From positions 1-64,000 of the forward strand of contig JAUVNS010000008.1 of assembly GCA_030599585.1 (NCBI GenBank): 64,000 bases of DNA, written 5' to 3'. The notes beneath the pieces were generated by a model, which did no database searches, had not been told where the DNA came from, and was given only the letters and a program-made list of their open reading frames with translations. Source of the DNA: Promethearchaeota archaeon (lineage in GTDB: Archaea; Asgardarchaeota; Lokiarchaeia; Sigyniarchaeales; SOKP01). Numbering within the stretch: the first letter of the stretch is position 1; each line of letters begins with the position of its first letter. Made by a program: the position numbers and the translations under genes. Shown here in pieces: positions 28,659 to 38,691 of the stretch.

Positions 28659-29762
28659 ATGTCAGAAAAAATAATATATCTAGATGCAGAAACACTTGAA
28701 AGTTTCATGAGAGATGTTTTTATTGGGCTTGGGGTTCCTAAAGATGATGCCCAAATTATAGCTGAAGTGTTAATTGCTTCTGATATTAGAGGAATTGACA
28801 CTCATGGAATACAACGCTGTAAAATGTATTTTGATCGTATAAAGGCGGGTATCTATGAGGTAGATACTAAAATCGATATCATTAAGGATGGTCCAACTAC
28901 TGCTCTTTGGGACGGAAATTGTGGAATGGGACATGTTATTGCTTATAAAGCCATGAAAACTGCAATTGAAAAAGCGAAAAAGTATGGATTAGGCTCTGTA
29001 GCAGTCAGAAATTCAACTCATTTTGGCATTGCGGGCTACTATTCACTGATGGCAATTAAAGAAGGGATGATTGGATTGGCAGTAACTAACGCTCGACCTT
29101 CCATGCCACCTACCTTTGGAGTCGAACCAATGCTTGGCACAAACCCTTTAACTGTGGGTACACCAACAGACGAAAATTTCCCCTTTTTAATTGATTGTGC
29201 TACTACTATTGTTCAAAGGGGTAAAGTAGAGTTATATAATAGAATTAACAAACCTTTACCTGCTGGTGTTGTAATAACAGACAAGGGAAAAATGGAAACT
29301 GACCCCGCTATTATATTGGAAAATATGAGTAAAGGTAAAGCTGCTTTATTGCCTTTAGGCGGTAAGGGAGAAGAAACTTCAGGGTATAAAGGGTATGGAT
29401 ATGCCACATTGGTTGAATTATTATCAGCCGCCTTACAAGATGGAATATATCTTAAAGACACAATAGGAATTGTAGAAGATGGTCAAAAAAGGTTAAAAGT
29501 GGGGCATTTTTTCTTAGCAATTAATATCGAGAGTTTTCTTCCTCTCGATGTTTTTAAAAAAACAGCAGGAAACATCATGAGAGGTCTTCGATCTTCTAAC
29601 AAAGAACCCGGAGCAGATCGAATTTTTACAGCCGGCGAAAAGGAATATGATGCGATGACAAGTAGAGGAAAAACTGGAATTCCTCTTAATAAAAGTTTAC
29701 AAGAAGATATTAAATTTATGCGAGAAGAACTCAATTTGGATAAATACAAATCTCTTTTTTAA
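28659..29762 (+). CDS. Ldh2-family (malate/L-lactate/sulfolactate) dehydrogenase
   Basis: RGIDTHG, NSTHFG, GTNP, GYKGYG. Confidence 0.92.
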   Translation: MSEKIIYLDAETLESFMRDVFIGLGVPKDDAQIIAEVLIASDIRGIDTHGIQRCKMYFDRIKAGIYEVDTKIDIIKDGPTTALWDGNCGMGHVIAYKAMKTAIEKAKKYGLGSVAVRNSTHFGIAGYYSLMAIKEGMIGLAVTNARPSMPPTFGVEPMLGTNPLTVGTPTDENFPFLIDCATTIVQRGKVELYNRINKPLPAGVVITDKGKMETDPAIILENMSKGKAALLPLGGKGEETSGYKGYGYATLVELLSAALQDGIYLKDTIGIVEDGQKRLKVGHFFLAINIESFLPLDVFKKTAGNIMRGLRSSNKEPGADRIFTAGEKEYDAMTSRGKTGIPLNKSLQEDIKFMREELNLDKYKSLF

Positions 29763-29913
29763 TAAAAGGTTCCTTTTTTAATTTTTATTAAGAAAAAAGC
29801 TAATAATTAATAAGTTTAGAGCTGTAAATACGAACTTTCACCTTATATTAGATATGAATTTTATTAAATAGTCTTCTAGATAAATAACTTCTATTGCATT
29901 CAAAGTGGTTATA

Positions 29914-31047
29914 ATGACAAGTACAAAAGCTGATGTTGCATCTAGTTCCAAAGATGTGGTCTACATAGATTTTAGAACGCTTAAGAATTTCATTAAAGAT
30001 GTATTTATTGGTCTTAATGTGAAGAGAGCTGATGCTGATATAATTGCTGATGTATTAATTACATCAGATTTACGAGGAATAGATTCACACGGCATTCAAA
30101 GATGTAAGATGTATTACGATAGGATTAAAGAAGGAATATATAATACAGAAACTAAAATAAAGATCGTTAAAAAAGGGCCAACTACAGCTGTTATTGATGG
30201 TGGGTGTGGATTAGGACCTGTAATTGGTTATAAGGCTATGAAATTAGCTATTCAAAAGGCTAAAAAATATGGTCTTGGGGCTGTAGCAGTGAGAAATTCA
30301 ACGCATTTCGGAATTGCTGGATATTATTCGCTTATGGCGATAAATGAGGGTATGATTGGGATTACTACAACGAACGCTAGACCAGCAGTTCCTCCCACAT
30401 TTGGCGTAGAACCAATGTTGGGAACAAATCCATTCACTGCAGGCGCACCCACAGATGAAAATTTTCCGTTTTTAATTGATTGTGCTACATCGATTATTCA
30501 AAGAGGTAAAGTAGAAGTGTATGATAGGATTCACAAACCGCTCCCAGATGGGCTAATAATTACCACAAATGGAAGATCACAGAATGATCCTCACGAAACC
30601 CTTAAAAATTTAGAAGAAAGCACTGCTGCTCTTTTACCCTTGGGAGGTTTAGGTGAAGGAACATCGGGTTATAAAGGTTTTGGCTATGCGACATTTGTAG
30701 AGATTTTATCCTCAGGTTTGCAAGATGGAATATTCCTTAAAGATACGGCGGGGATTATTGAAGACAATCAAAAACGTTTGAAAGTTGGGCATTTCTTTTT
30801 AGCGATAAATATAAATCATTTTACCCATTTAAAACGGTTTAAGCGAACTACAGGTACTATTATGAGGAACCTTAGAAACTCTAAAAAAGCACCTGGAAAG
30901 TCGCGAATATATACCGCTGGAGAAAAAGAATATTCTTCTGAAAAAAAACGGAAAAACCAAGGCATTCCAATCAATAAAAGTTTACAAGAAGATATTAAAA
31001 CAATGCAGAAAGAATTGAAATTATTTATGTACAATTTTCCGTTTTAA
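29914..31047 (+). CDS. Ldh2-family dehydrogenase, tandem paralog
   Basis: RGIDSHG, NSTHFG, GTNP, GYKGFG; closely similar to the upstream gene. Confidence 0.92.
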   Translation: MTSTKADVASSSKDVVYIDFRTLKNFIKDVFIGLNVKRADADIIADVLITSDLRGIDSHGIQRCKMYYDRIKEGIYNTETKIKIVKKGPTTAVIDGGCGLGPVIGYKAMKLAIQKAKKYGLGAVAVRNSTHFGIAGYYSLMAINEGMIGITTTNARPAVPPTFGVEPMLGTNPFTAGAPTDENFPFLIDCATSIIQRGKVEVYDRIHKPLPDGLIITTNGRSQNDPHETLKNLEESTAALLPLGGLGEGTSGYKGFGYATFVEILSSGLQDGIFLKDTAGIIEDNQKRLKVGHFFLAININHFTHLKRFKRTTGTIMRNLRNSKKAPGKSRIYTAGEKEYSSEKKRKNQGIPINKSLQEDIKTMQKELKLFMYNFPF

Positions 31048-31050
31048 TTA

Positions 31051-32493
31051 CTAGAATATAACTCCATCAGTTCGTCTTTCCAAAGGTTCGGAATGAAGAA
31101 TTATCTCAGTTAAATTTTCAATCTTTAAAGTATTTTTTATTTGTTGCTCTACACTTGTAATCAAAGTATGGACTCGCGAGATGTTAAGAGCACCGTCAAA
31201 AAAGACATGTAGTTCGAGCACACAAAAATCAAGTGCAGCCCAAAATTCCAACCCATGATATCCCCTTACCTCTGGAATCTTTTTTAGTAATTTATCTATC
31301 GTATCTTGAATTTCTCTCTTCTTTTGGGGTTTTATAGGTGTGCAAACTAGATGATCTGTTAAGGATTTTTTCAGTGTGGATTGGGATTCTATATGCGTAA
31401 TGATTCGCGAGATAAATGGAACTTGCTCTTGTAACTGTCTTTCAAACAGACTGCTTAATTCGTGAGCCTCTTCTAAAGATAAATTATCATCAACAACTAT
31501 GGCAACTGATAAGAAGTATTTGTTTTCAATTCTAAACACATTCAAATCTTTAAAATCTGATATTTCTTTAAATTCACTTTTCATAGTATAAAGCAAGTTG
31601 ACTATCTTTTCTCCGAGTGAAGATTCTCCACTTAAAGGATTCATTTCAACCAATGTCTTAACATTGTAAGAAGGAAAAAATTTCTTGCTCAAAGTACGAA
31701 TCGCTTTCGTAATTTCATTCGCATGCACAACAGATATATGATCTTCAACAGCTAGTCTAATTTCTAAAAACAAGGTGTTACCACTAAATCTAACTTTTAA
31801 ATCTTCTACATTGTTTACATGATCAAGATTAAATACGCTTAATTTTATTTCCTCTAAAATTACTGAGTTTATTGGGTTTTCATCGAGTAAGTTTTTAATT
31901 CCTTCCCTAGATAGAATGATTGAATTTGTAATTATCCATATAGCGAGAGCAATACTAAAAAATGGGTCTAAAAATTGGATATTCAAAAATAAAGCAAACA
32001 TGAAATTAATTATAACGACAAGCGCTCTAAGAGAATCTTGGAATAAATTTATACCTTGCATTTTAAGTAATAAGCTTTTATGCTTCTTTCCTTGCCTTAT
32101 TAAAACTCTAGAAAATACCATATTAATGATAAAAGATATCGTTAGTATCACGAATCCCAAATCAGGATTGATAATCCCATATGAGCTGGTTAAAATGGTT
32201 TGAATTGCAATAAAAATAAGAACGCCATAAATGTTGATTAATATAACACCCTGAACCAATCCTCCTACGGAATCAATTTTAGTATGGCCGTACATATGTT
32301 GGAAATCTGGGGGTTTTTGACTCACATAAAGAGAATAGATAGTAAGAAGAACAAAAAAAAGATCCGTCAAAGTATCAACAGTTTCGGTTAAAAAGCTTAA
32401 ACTACCAGTTAATATTACCCCTAATAACTTTATGCTTGATTGAATAAGAATTATAAAAAATGCTATAATTCCATATTTAATTTTAATATCCAT
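31051..32493 (-). CDS. Cation diffusion facilitator with three C-terminal dimerisation-type domains
   Basis: TGSLSFLTETVDTLTD, HMYGH, then three repeats of the SxxxAH...H.E CTD pattern. Confidence 0.85.
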   Translation of the reverse strand: MDIKIKYGIIAFFIILIQSSIKLLGVILTGSLSFLTETVDTLTDLFFVLLTIYSLYVSQKPPDFQHMYGHTKIDSVGGLVQGVILINIYGVLIFIAIQTILTSSYGIINPDLGFVILTISFIINMVFSRVLIRQGKKHKSLLLKMQGINLFQDSLRALVVIINFMFALFLNIQFLDPFFSIALAIWIITNSIILSREGIKNLLDENPINSVILEEIKLSVFNLDHVNNVEDLKVRFSGNTLFLEIRLAVEDHISVVHANEITKAIRTLSKKFFPSYNVKTLVEMNPLSGESSLGEKIVNLLYTMKSEFKEISDFKDLNVFRIENKYFLSVAIVVDDNLSLEEAHELSSLFERQLQEQVPFISRIITHIESQSTLKKSLTDHLVCTPIKPQKKREIQDTIDKLLKKIPEVRGYHGLEFWAALDFCVLELHVFFDGALNISRVHTLITSVEQQIKNTLKIENLTEIILHSEPLERRTDGVIF

Positions 32494-32582
32494 AATCTTC
32501 GGAGATTTACTTTATTCATGAATAAAAAATTTTAAGCAATACTGAGAATTAAATATTTGGCAATAAAAATAAAAAAAAGTTA

Positions 32583-33815
32583 TTATAGATCTCTAGGAAT
32601 GTTAATTTCGAGATCTGTAATGGGATAAGAAGCACAAGGATGAAAATAGTTGAATTTTTTATCTGCACCTTTTCTCCAATCAGAAACCGGATTTATATAT
32701 ACTTTACCATCCATAAGAAGCGATCGACAGAATCCACATTCACCAGAACGGCATTTTGAGGGTGGATTTAAGTTTGCCCTTTCTAAAGCTATTAAAACAG
32801 ACTCGGTTGCTATTGCAGGTATTTCCTTTGTTAAATCACCAATATGAACTTTTATCTTAAATATTTTTTCAGCAACTTCTTTGGGGAAATCTGGATGAGT
32901 TAGGATATCCTTCACTTCACCGAAGGCTTCTCTGCGAATTCTTTTAACAGGCAAGTTAAACTTTTCAAACTCTTCTTCAATGAAATTATACATGACTTGT
33001 GGTCCACAGATAAAAAATGTGCTGGAATTCACATCACAGTATTTTTCAATTATCTCTTTGGTAATGAAGCCCTTTTCACATCCTTCTAATGTAACAACAT
33101 CGCAACTTAAAACATGAACAATTTTAATTTTCGCGGGATTATTCTTTTCCATTTCTTTGAATTCTTCGTAGAAAATGATGTCGTCTTCCTCGGAACTACC
33201 GTATAACAATGTTAATTTTGCATCAATTGTCCCATTGATTATCGCTTTAGCCATCGATCGAAAGGGTGTGATACCGGAACCTCCTGCAATTCCAACTATT
33301 TGGTTCAAATCTCTTAGCTTTTCGTAATAGAAGAACCCTTCGGGTCCAGAACTCTCAATTTTTGTACCTACCTTCCAGTTATCCCAGATGAAATCAGTTA
33401 AAAATCCATGTTCTTCTTTTCGAATAGTTAAATCGTAAAATCCTTTTAATGCGTCCTTAGGTGAAGAGGCTATCGAATAAGGGCGTGTTATCCGCACTCC
33501 CTCTAAATCAACCTTTAAACTAATGTATTGGCCCGGTCGAAAATATGCTAATTCCTTGGTTACAGATTCGGGGTTTGGAGTTAGTTTAAATGTCCTTGTA
33601 GACTTAGTTTCTTCTTTAATCTCGTCAATTATTAAGAATTGCCTATCAGGGTGCAATTTCCACGATAGATCCATAATTGGATCTTCTCTAATTGGTTCAC
33701 TTGAAGCTCTTTCGATTCTCTTTTTCCGATTTGGAACTAATTTAGTAAATGCGAATAAATCCTTTGTGTTGGATCTGACTACTACATTTAGCTTCTCTTC
33801 CTTTTCTTTGCTCAT
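32583..33815 (-). CDS. FAD/NAD-binding ferredoxin reductase with C-terminal [2Fe-2S] domain (Hcr/PaaE/KshB architecture)
   Basis: FRPGQY, RPYS, AGGSGITP, ICGP, CRSGECGFC...C. Confidence 0.9.
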   Translation of the reverse strand: MSKEKEEKLNVVVRSNTKDLFAFTKLVPNRKKRIERASSEPIREDPIMDLSWKLHPDRQFLIIDEIKEETKSTRTFKLTPNPESVTKELAYFRPGQYISLKVDLEGVRITRPYSIASSPKDALKGFYDLTIRKEEHGFLTDFIWDNWKVGTKIESSGPEGFFYYEKLRDLNQIVGIAGGSGITPFRSMAKAIINGTIDAKLTLLYGSSEEDDIIFYEEFKEMEKNNPAKIKIVHVLSCDVVTLEGCEKGFITKEIIEKYCDVNSSTFFICGPQVMYNFIEEEFEKFNLPVKRIRREAFGEVKDILTHPDFPKEVAEKIFKIKVHIGDLTKEIPAIATESVLIALERANLNPPSKCRSGECGFCRSLLMDGKVYINPVSDWRKGADKKFNYFHPCASYPITDLEINIPRDL

Positions 33816-35380
33816 GCTTTCCCACCCTCTTGTAATAGTTTTCCTAATATTATCTGCGCCGAAATCAAACCATCAGATAGACAACTACTATATCCATGCG
33901 CTCGTCTGTTAAACCCTCCTGCAAATTCAAGCCCTTCAATGTATACATCTTTTCCCATCATACTTAATCTCGGTACTATAGAATCCCAAGATTCAGGCTC
34001 GTAGCCATAAAATATCCCGTTATATAACTTCGCATATCTAGCAAAAGTAGCAGGAGTCGCAATCTCTATTTCTTCGATATGATCTCTAAGAGATGTTCCA
34101 GTACCTTTTTCAAACTTTATCAATAATTCTTCAGCAATTTTGTTCTTAAGATCCACATATTCTTCAGGCTTAACATCTTTCCAAGCTTCAGGTCGGTATA
34201 AGGTCGTGATATCCAACATACATGTTCCAGGGGGGGAACAACCAGGAACAGCATTATTAAGAACGACACAAGCCAAACCTTTTGGGGCTTGAAGTTTTGT
34301 CCATGAGTCATAGGCTTCGTCAGTATCCATAGTATCCATAATAAAATACCCATATTCGTGCAATCCTAATTCCTCGGCTGTAGCGTCTAATCCCACATAC
34401 ACAACAAATCCCGTCAGTCCGTGGATTCGAGCATTAATATCTTTGTACGCGATTTCCGGTACTTCAGACTGGGGGTAAATTAGTTTGTTATATGTGAGGA
34501 TTGGAGAAGCGTTACTTATAACGTAATTTGTTTTTATTTTATCCCCGTTAGTAGTTTCGACGCCAACCACTTTTCCCCCTTCCACCAAAATTTTATCTAC
34601 CCTAGTATTGTATTCAATCCTTCCTCCATACTCTCGTATTTTGGCATCAAAAGCGGTTGTATATCCATGAGATCGATTTGTGGGAATCCATCCTCCCTTT
34701 TCAGCATAAACTAACACCATAGATGCATAAAGTGTAAAGTTCATGCGTGACATAGGTAATCCGAGATAAGCCCAGAGTCCATTTAGGATTTTCTGTGCTT
34801 TTTCCGGAATCCCTAATGCGTTTTCTACCTCAGTAACTGAATAAGCGGCTGTTTTAAGAAAATTTGAATACTCCTTGAATAATACTCCCTGATCCGGCTT
34901 TCCTTTCGTTTTTCCTATATAGGAAAAAGCGTCTCTAATCTCTTTAGCTACTTTAAAGAACTTTTCGACTGATTCTTTACTGCCTGGTACTTCTTTTTCA
35001 ATAGTATCAATAAAGTTATCTACTCCAAAAGGCATGGAAACATCCATTTCTTCTCCCGGTTTAGTAACAATTAGCCTAAATGCTTCTGGAACCTGGACAA
35101 ACTCGGCATCTAATTTAAGTTTGTCTTCGAACATTGTTCTAATGCTTCCCCTATTCGATTCAGGACCATAACTAGCAAGCTCATGAAGTGATGTTTCAAA
35201 TTCGAACCGTCCCCTAACAAAACTTGTAGCCACGCCCCCAGGTAAATTATGCTGTTCTAAACATAGAACCTTCACGTCTCTCTGTGCTAAAAATGCAGTT
35301 GCCGACAATCCACCATTACCAGCTCCAATAACTACAACATCATATGAGTCCTCAATTCTTTGTTCTTCACTTTTACTCAT
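33812..35380 (-). CDS. Phytoene desaturase/CrtISO/retinol-saturase-like FAD oxidoreductase
   Basis: VVVIGAGNGG, EQHNLPGG..TSF.RG.FEFE, ATPATFARY...G..YG; ATGA overlap with the reductase gene. Confidence 0.85.
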   Translation of the reverse strand: MSKSEEQRIEDSYDVVVIGAGNGGLSATAFLAQRDVKVLCLEQHNLPGGVATSFVRGRFEFETSLHELASYGPESNRGSIRTMFEDKLKLDAEFVQVPEAFRLIVTKPGEEMDVSMPFGVDNFIDTIEKEVPGSKESVEKFFKVAKEIRDAFSYIGKTKGKPDQGVLFKEYSNFLKTAAYSVTEVENALGIPEKAQKILNGLWAYLGLPMSRMNFTLYASMVLVYAEKGGWIPTNRSHGYTTAFDAKIREYGGRIEYNTRVDKILVEGGKVVGVETTNGDKIKTNYVISNASPILTYNKLIYPQSEVPEIAYKDINARIHGLTGFVVYVGLDATAEELGLHEYGYFIMDTMDTDEAYDSWTKLQAPKGLACVVLNNAVPGCSPPGTCMLDITTLYRPEAWKDVKPEEYVDLKNKIAEELLIKFEKGTGTSLRDHIEEIEIATPATFARYAKLYNGIFYGYEPESWDSIVPRLSMMGKDVYIEGLEFAGGFNRRAHGYSSCLSDGLISAQIILGKLLQEGGKA

Positions 35381-35459
35381 AATCTCTTTCTCTTTTTTTT
35401 ATTTTTTAATTATTAGTATTTCATAGTTCTTGATTTATTTTAAAGAGTATAATAACTTA

Positions 35460-36842
35460 TTATAATTCATTTGGAATTACCTTGAACACATAGACTGGAG
35501 ATTCTATCAAATTTTCAGGAATGTTGATAATCAAATCTTCTTGATCCTGTTCCCATTTTAGTTGATTATCGTAACCAAGCAACATAATTTTTGAATTCTG
35601 AGCGATTTTTAATGCCATTATCTTTAATGTTTTTCCTATTGGGTTATTTAAGAGATGGATGTACAGTAATTCATTTTTATGCGTAAATCTAATTTCGAGA
35701 TTATCCAAAGTGTTGCCCTCAGCTCTTTCCCAAGGGCGAGTGCCATAAATTCCTTCTCCGTTAATCTCTAACCATTGACCTATCCCTAGTAATACTTTTT
35801 TCTGAATTTCGGGTATTGATCCATCTGGTAAAGGTCCAACATTCAATAACAAATTACCATTTTTACTTACAATATCTACAAGCATCTTGATAATCTCATC
35901 GGATGTTAAGTAATCCCCTTCTTTTTCCATTTTATTATATCCATACGAATTTCCAATACCCCGATTTGATTCCCATTTCTTCTTTTTTATGGTGTTATAG
36001 GACTCATATTCAGGAGTAGTAAAATCATAAAAAGGTGTTCTTCTTAACTTGATGAGCTTACCGTCTTCATGATAAAATTTTTCCCAACGATCATTAATTA
36101 CTCCTTCTGGGAATTTATTATAATAATAAGCAAAAAGTTCAAAGAGGCCGAGAAGTGGAGGTGCTCCGATGTCACTCCATAATATCGTAGGGTTATATTC
36201 ATCAATTAATTCATACCAATGATTTTTTACATATTCTGTATATTCTGGAGTTGTAACTCCATTTACCATAAAGCTTAAACGATCTTTAATTGGTTCACGA
36301 TTGAAAGACCAATCAAGAGAGCTTGAATAATAAAAACCCATCTGTAGACCCAATTTTTTTACTTCTTCTGTTAATTCTCCAACGATATTTCTACTGGCAT
36401 AATAACCTTTTTTTTGTGGATGTTTATGTTTACTTGGCCATAGAAGAAAGCCATCATGATGTTTAGTGACTAAAACAACATACCGAGCTCCAGCTTTTTT
36501 AAAAAGAGCGGCCCAATTATCGGGTTTCCAATTCTTTATCTCCTTGTTAAAATCTTTAATAAAATCGTCATAAGAAACATTTTCACCATAAGTCTCATCG
36601 TGATATTTTTGAGTAGGGCTTCCATCAATTCTTAATGTATTAAGATACCATTCTGCATAGGGGTTATTTTTATTGTGATATTCCTCCCCTTCTTTTGATG
36701 ACTCTATGAAATTTAAACCTGTAACTGCGAATGCTGGTACAGAATACAATCCCCAATGAATGAAAATCCCGAATTTTGCGTTGTGAAACCAGTCAGGCAC
36801 TTTGTGTTTCCTAATTGATGTTTTAGTAGGTTCAAAATTCAT
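35460..36842 (-). CDS. Alpha-L-fucosidase (GH29)
   Basis: WF..AKFGIFIHWG, YAEWY, TKHHDGF, LWSD, VINDRW, SKNGNLLLNVGP; start placed at MNFEPT. Confidence 0.92.
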   Translation of the reverse strand: MNFEPTKTSIRKHKVPDWFHNAKFGIFIHWGLYSVPAFAVTGLNFIESSKEGEEYHNKNNPYAEWYLNTLRIDGSPTQKYHDETYGENVSYDDFIKDFNKEIKNWKPDNWAALFKKAGARYVVLVTKHHDGFLLWPSKHKHPQKKGYYASRNIVGELTEEVKKLGLQMGFYYSSSLDWSFNREPIKDRLSFMVNGVTTPEYTEYVKNHWYELIDEYNPTILWSDIGAPPLLGLFELFAYYYNKFPEGVINDRWEKFYHEDGKLIKLRRTPFYDFTTPEYESYNTIKKKKWESNRGIGNSYGYNKMEKEGDYLTSDEIIKMLVDIVSKNGNLLLNVGPLPDGSIPEIQKKVLLGIGQWLEINGEGIYGTRPWERAEGNTLDNLEIRFTHKNELLYIHLLNNPIGKTLKIMALKIAQNSKIMLLGYDNQLKWEQDQEDLIINIPENLIESPVYVFKVIPNEL

Positions 36843-36975
36843 TGTTAAATTCTCTAGGTGCTTATTTATTCTAATAATTATAAAAAAAAATTGGTCTATT
36901 AAAAAATTATATTTTTTAAGATTCTTTTCAATATTAATAATTAAAATCTTTTTAGAATGGAACAATTAAAAGAAA

Positions 36976-38127
36976 ATGGGAATAAAAACAACTCTTAAGC
37001 TTGTCGATATGAATATGGCAAAAGTATTTGCACCTTGGATACTGCGCCATCCTAAGTACTTTTTAGTATTCAAGAAATTAGTAAAATCTTTTAAGAAATC
37101 GTTAGTATTGAGAAACAAAGCTAAAGAAGAAGGCTATTTAGTTCCACCCTTTATGATTCTAAGCATTACTAAGCAATGTAATCTCCATTGTGTTGGATGT
37201 TACGCGGCTGAGGTTGGCACGTTAGATATCGAATCGAGTTCGCAGTTAAAAATCGATGAGTGGAGAAGTATTATCAAAGAAGCAAATGATTTGGGAGTAT
37301 TTGCTTATATTATCGGGGGAGGAGAACCTTTCCTATTTCCAGGATTATTAGAGCTAAGTAAAGAATTTAGTGAAAGACTATTTATTATATTCACAAATGG
37401 GACTGCTATCAAGGAAGACGATTTCAAAGTTTTAAAAAAGCTGAAGAACACTGCAGTAATAGTGAGTTTAGAAGGAGATCGCGAAGCAACGGACTTTAGG
37501 AGAGGTAAAGGTGTGTATGAGAAAGCACTTACTACTTTAAAGCGTTTAAACAAAATTGGAGTATTAAATGGGATATCCGTTACCATAAATGGTTTAAACT
37601 ACGAACACTGGATGAATCCGCAACTCATCGATTCATTGATTAAAAAAGGGATCCGCATTGGGTTCTTTTTAGAATACATTCCCTCAAAAAAGGATATAAC
37701 CTCTTCTCTTATGCTGACTGAACAAGAAAGAAAAGCATTTCGAGCAAAAATCTTGGAATATCGATCAAATAAACGAATTTATTTAATCCATTCTCCTGGA
37801 GATGAAGAACTTCTAGGTGGTTGTGTGTCCGCTGGTCGAGGTTTTGCTCATATTACGCCATCAGGAGATTTAACGCCATGTCCCGTTTCTAATATTGCCT
37901 CTCATAATCTCAAAACCTCCACACTAGAAGAAGGCTTAAAGAGCCGATTGTTTAAAGTAATTAGGGAAAATGAGCATTTATTAGAAACCGAAGGTGTACC
38001 CTGTGCTCTTTTCGCTCACAAGGAAGAAGTAGAAGAACTAGCCTTATCCGTTGGAGGTTATGTCATAAACAATAAAGAAAAGTTAATTGAAATAAAACAA
38101 GTTAAAAAATCTCAAAAAGTCTCTTAA
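36976..38127 (+). CDS. Radical SAM protein with Twitch/SPASM-type C-terminus
   Basis: CNLHCVGC, GGGEP, FTNG, GC.AGRGFAHITPSGDLTPC. Confidence 0.88.
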   Translation: MGIKTTLKLVDMNMAKVFAPWILRHPKYFLVFKKLVKSFKKSLVLRNKAKEEGYLVPPFMILSITKQCNLHCVGCYAAEVGTLDIESSSQLKIDEWRSIIKEANDLGVFAYIIGGGEPFLFPGLLELSKEFSERLFIIFTNGTAIKEDDFKVLKKLKNTAVIVSLEGDREATDFRRGKGVYEKALTTLKRLNKIGVLNGISVTINGLNYEHWMNPQLIDSLIKKGIRIGFFLEYIPSKKDITSSLMLTEQERKAFRAKILEYRSNKRIYLIHSPGDEELLGGCVSAGRGFAHITPSGDLTPCPVSNIASHNLKTSTLEEGLKSRLFKVIRENEHLLETEGVPCALFAHKEEVEELALSVGGYVINNKEKLIEIKQVKKSQKVS

Positions 38128-38208
38128 CATCTTTATATTACGCTTTTTCTAAGCATTTTAATAGGTTCCTACTTGTCAAAAAAAAAAAAGATAAGTTTAT
38201 TTTTTAAT

Positions 38209-38535
38209 TTATTCTGGTGGCTTGAGCCCTAGCACATCCAATGCTTCTACAATTGAGGACATGATTTCGATCTGATATTTATAACCTTCAATACCTTTCG
38301 CTATAAAAATTACGGTATTATTGAGTTGGGCAAGATATTCATTAAGTTTCCCTTCTTTAATTTCAGATGCACTAACACTTTTGTATCCCTCTTTAGTTGC
38401 AGAAATAGCATTATTTAGGAGTTGTTTAGAAAGTGATTTATCTTCTGGAAACTTTTTTGAAGCTTCAAGGAACAGTTTTCCCGCCTCAGAGGCTTTAGCA
38501 TGAGGGATCCATACTGTAGTCATAACTATTACCAT
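38209..38535 (-). CDS. Small hypothetical protein
   Basis: 108-aa ORF with AAGGTGAT SD. Confidence 0.7.
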   Translation of the reverse strand: MVIVMTTVWIPHAKASEAGKLFLEASKKFPEDKSLSKQLLNNAISATKEGYKSVSASEIKEGKLNEYLAQLNNTVIFIAKGIEGYKYQIEIMSSIVEALDVLGLKPPE

Positions 38536-38691
38536 CTATATCACCTTGATTAATTTTTATTTAATTGGAATCGCATCATTTTTTGACAAAAATGACAATT
38601 TTTATATGTGTTTTATCTATATAAAAATATTGTTGCGATTTCAGAAAAATTAAAGAAAATTATCAGTTATATACGGCTCTCTTTAATAGGT

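Noticed and set aside
36976-38127. Radical SAM gene as the anaerobic sulfatase maturase for the nearby sulfatase
   Set aside because: Opposite strand, and its C-terminus has too few Cys for the anSME two-cluster SPASM domain; resembles a different widespread family
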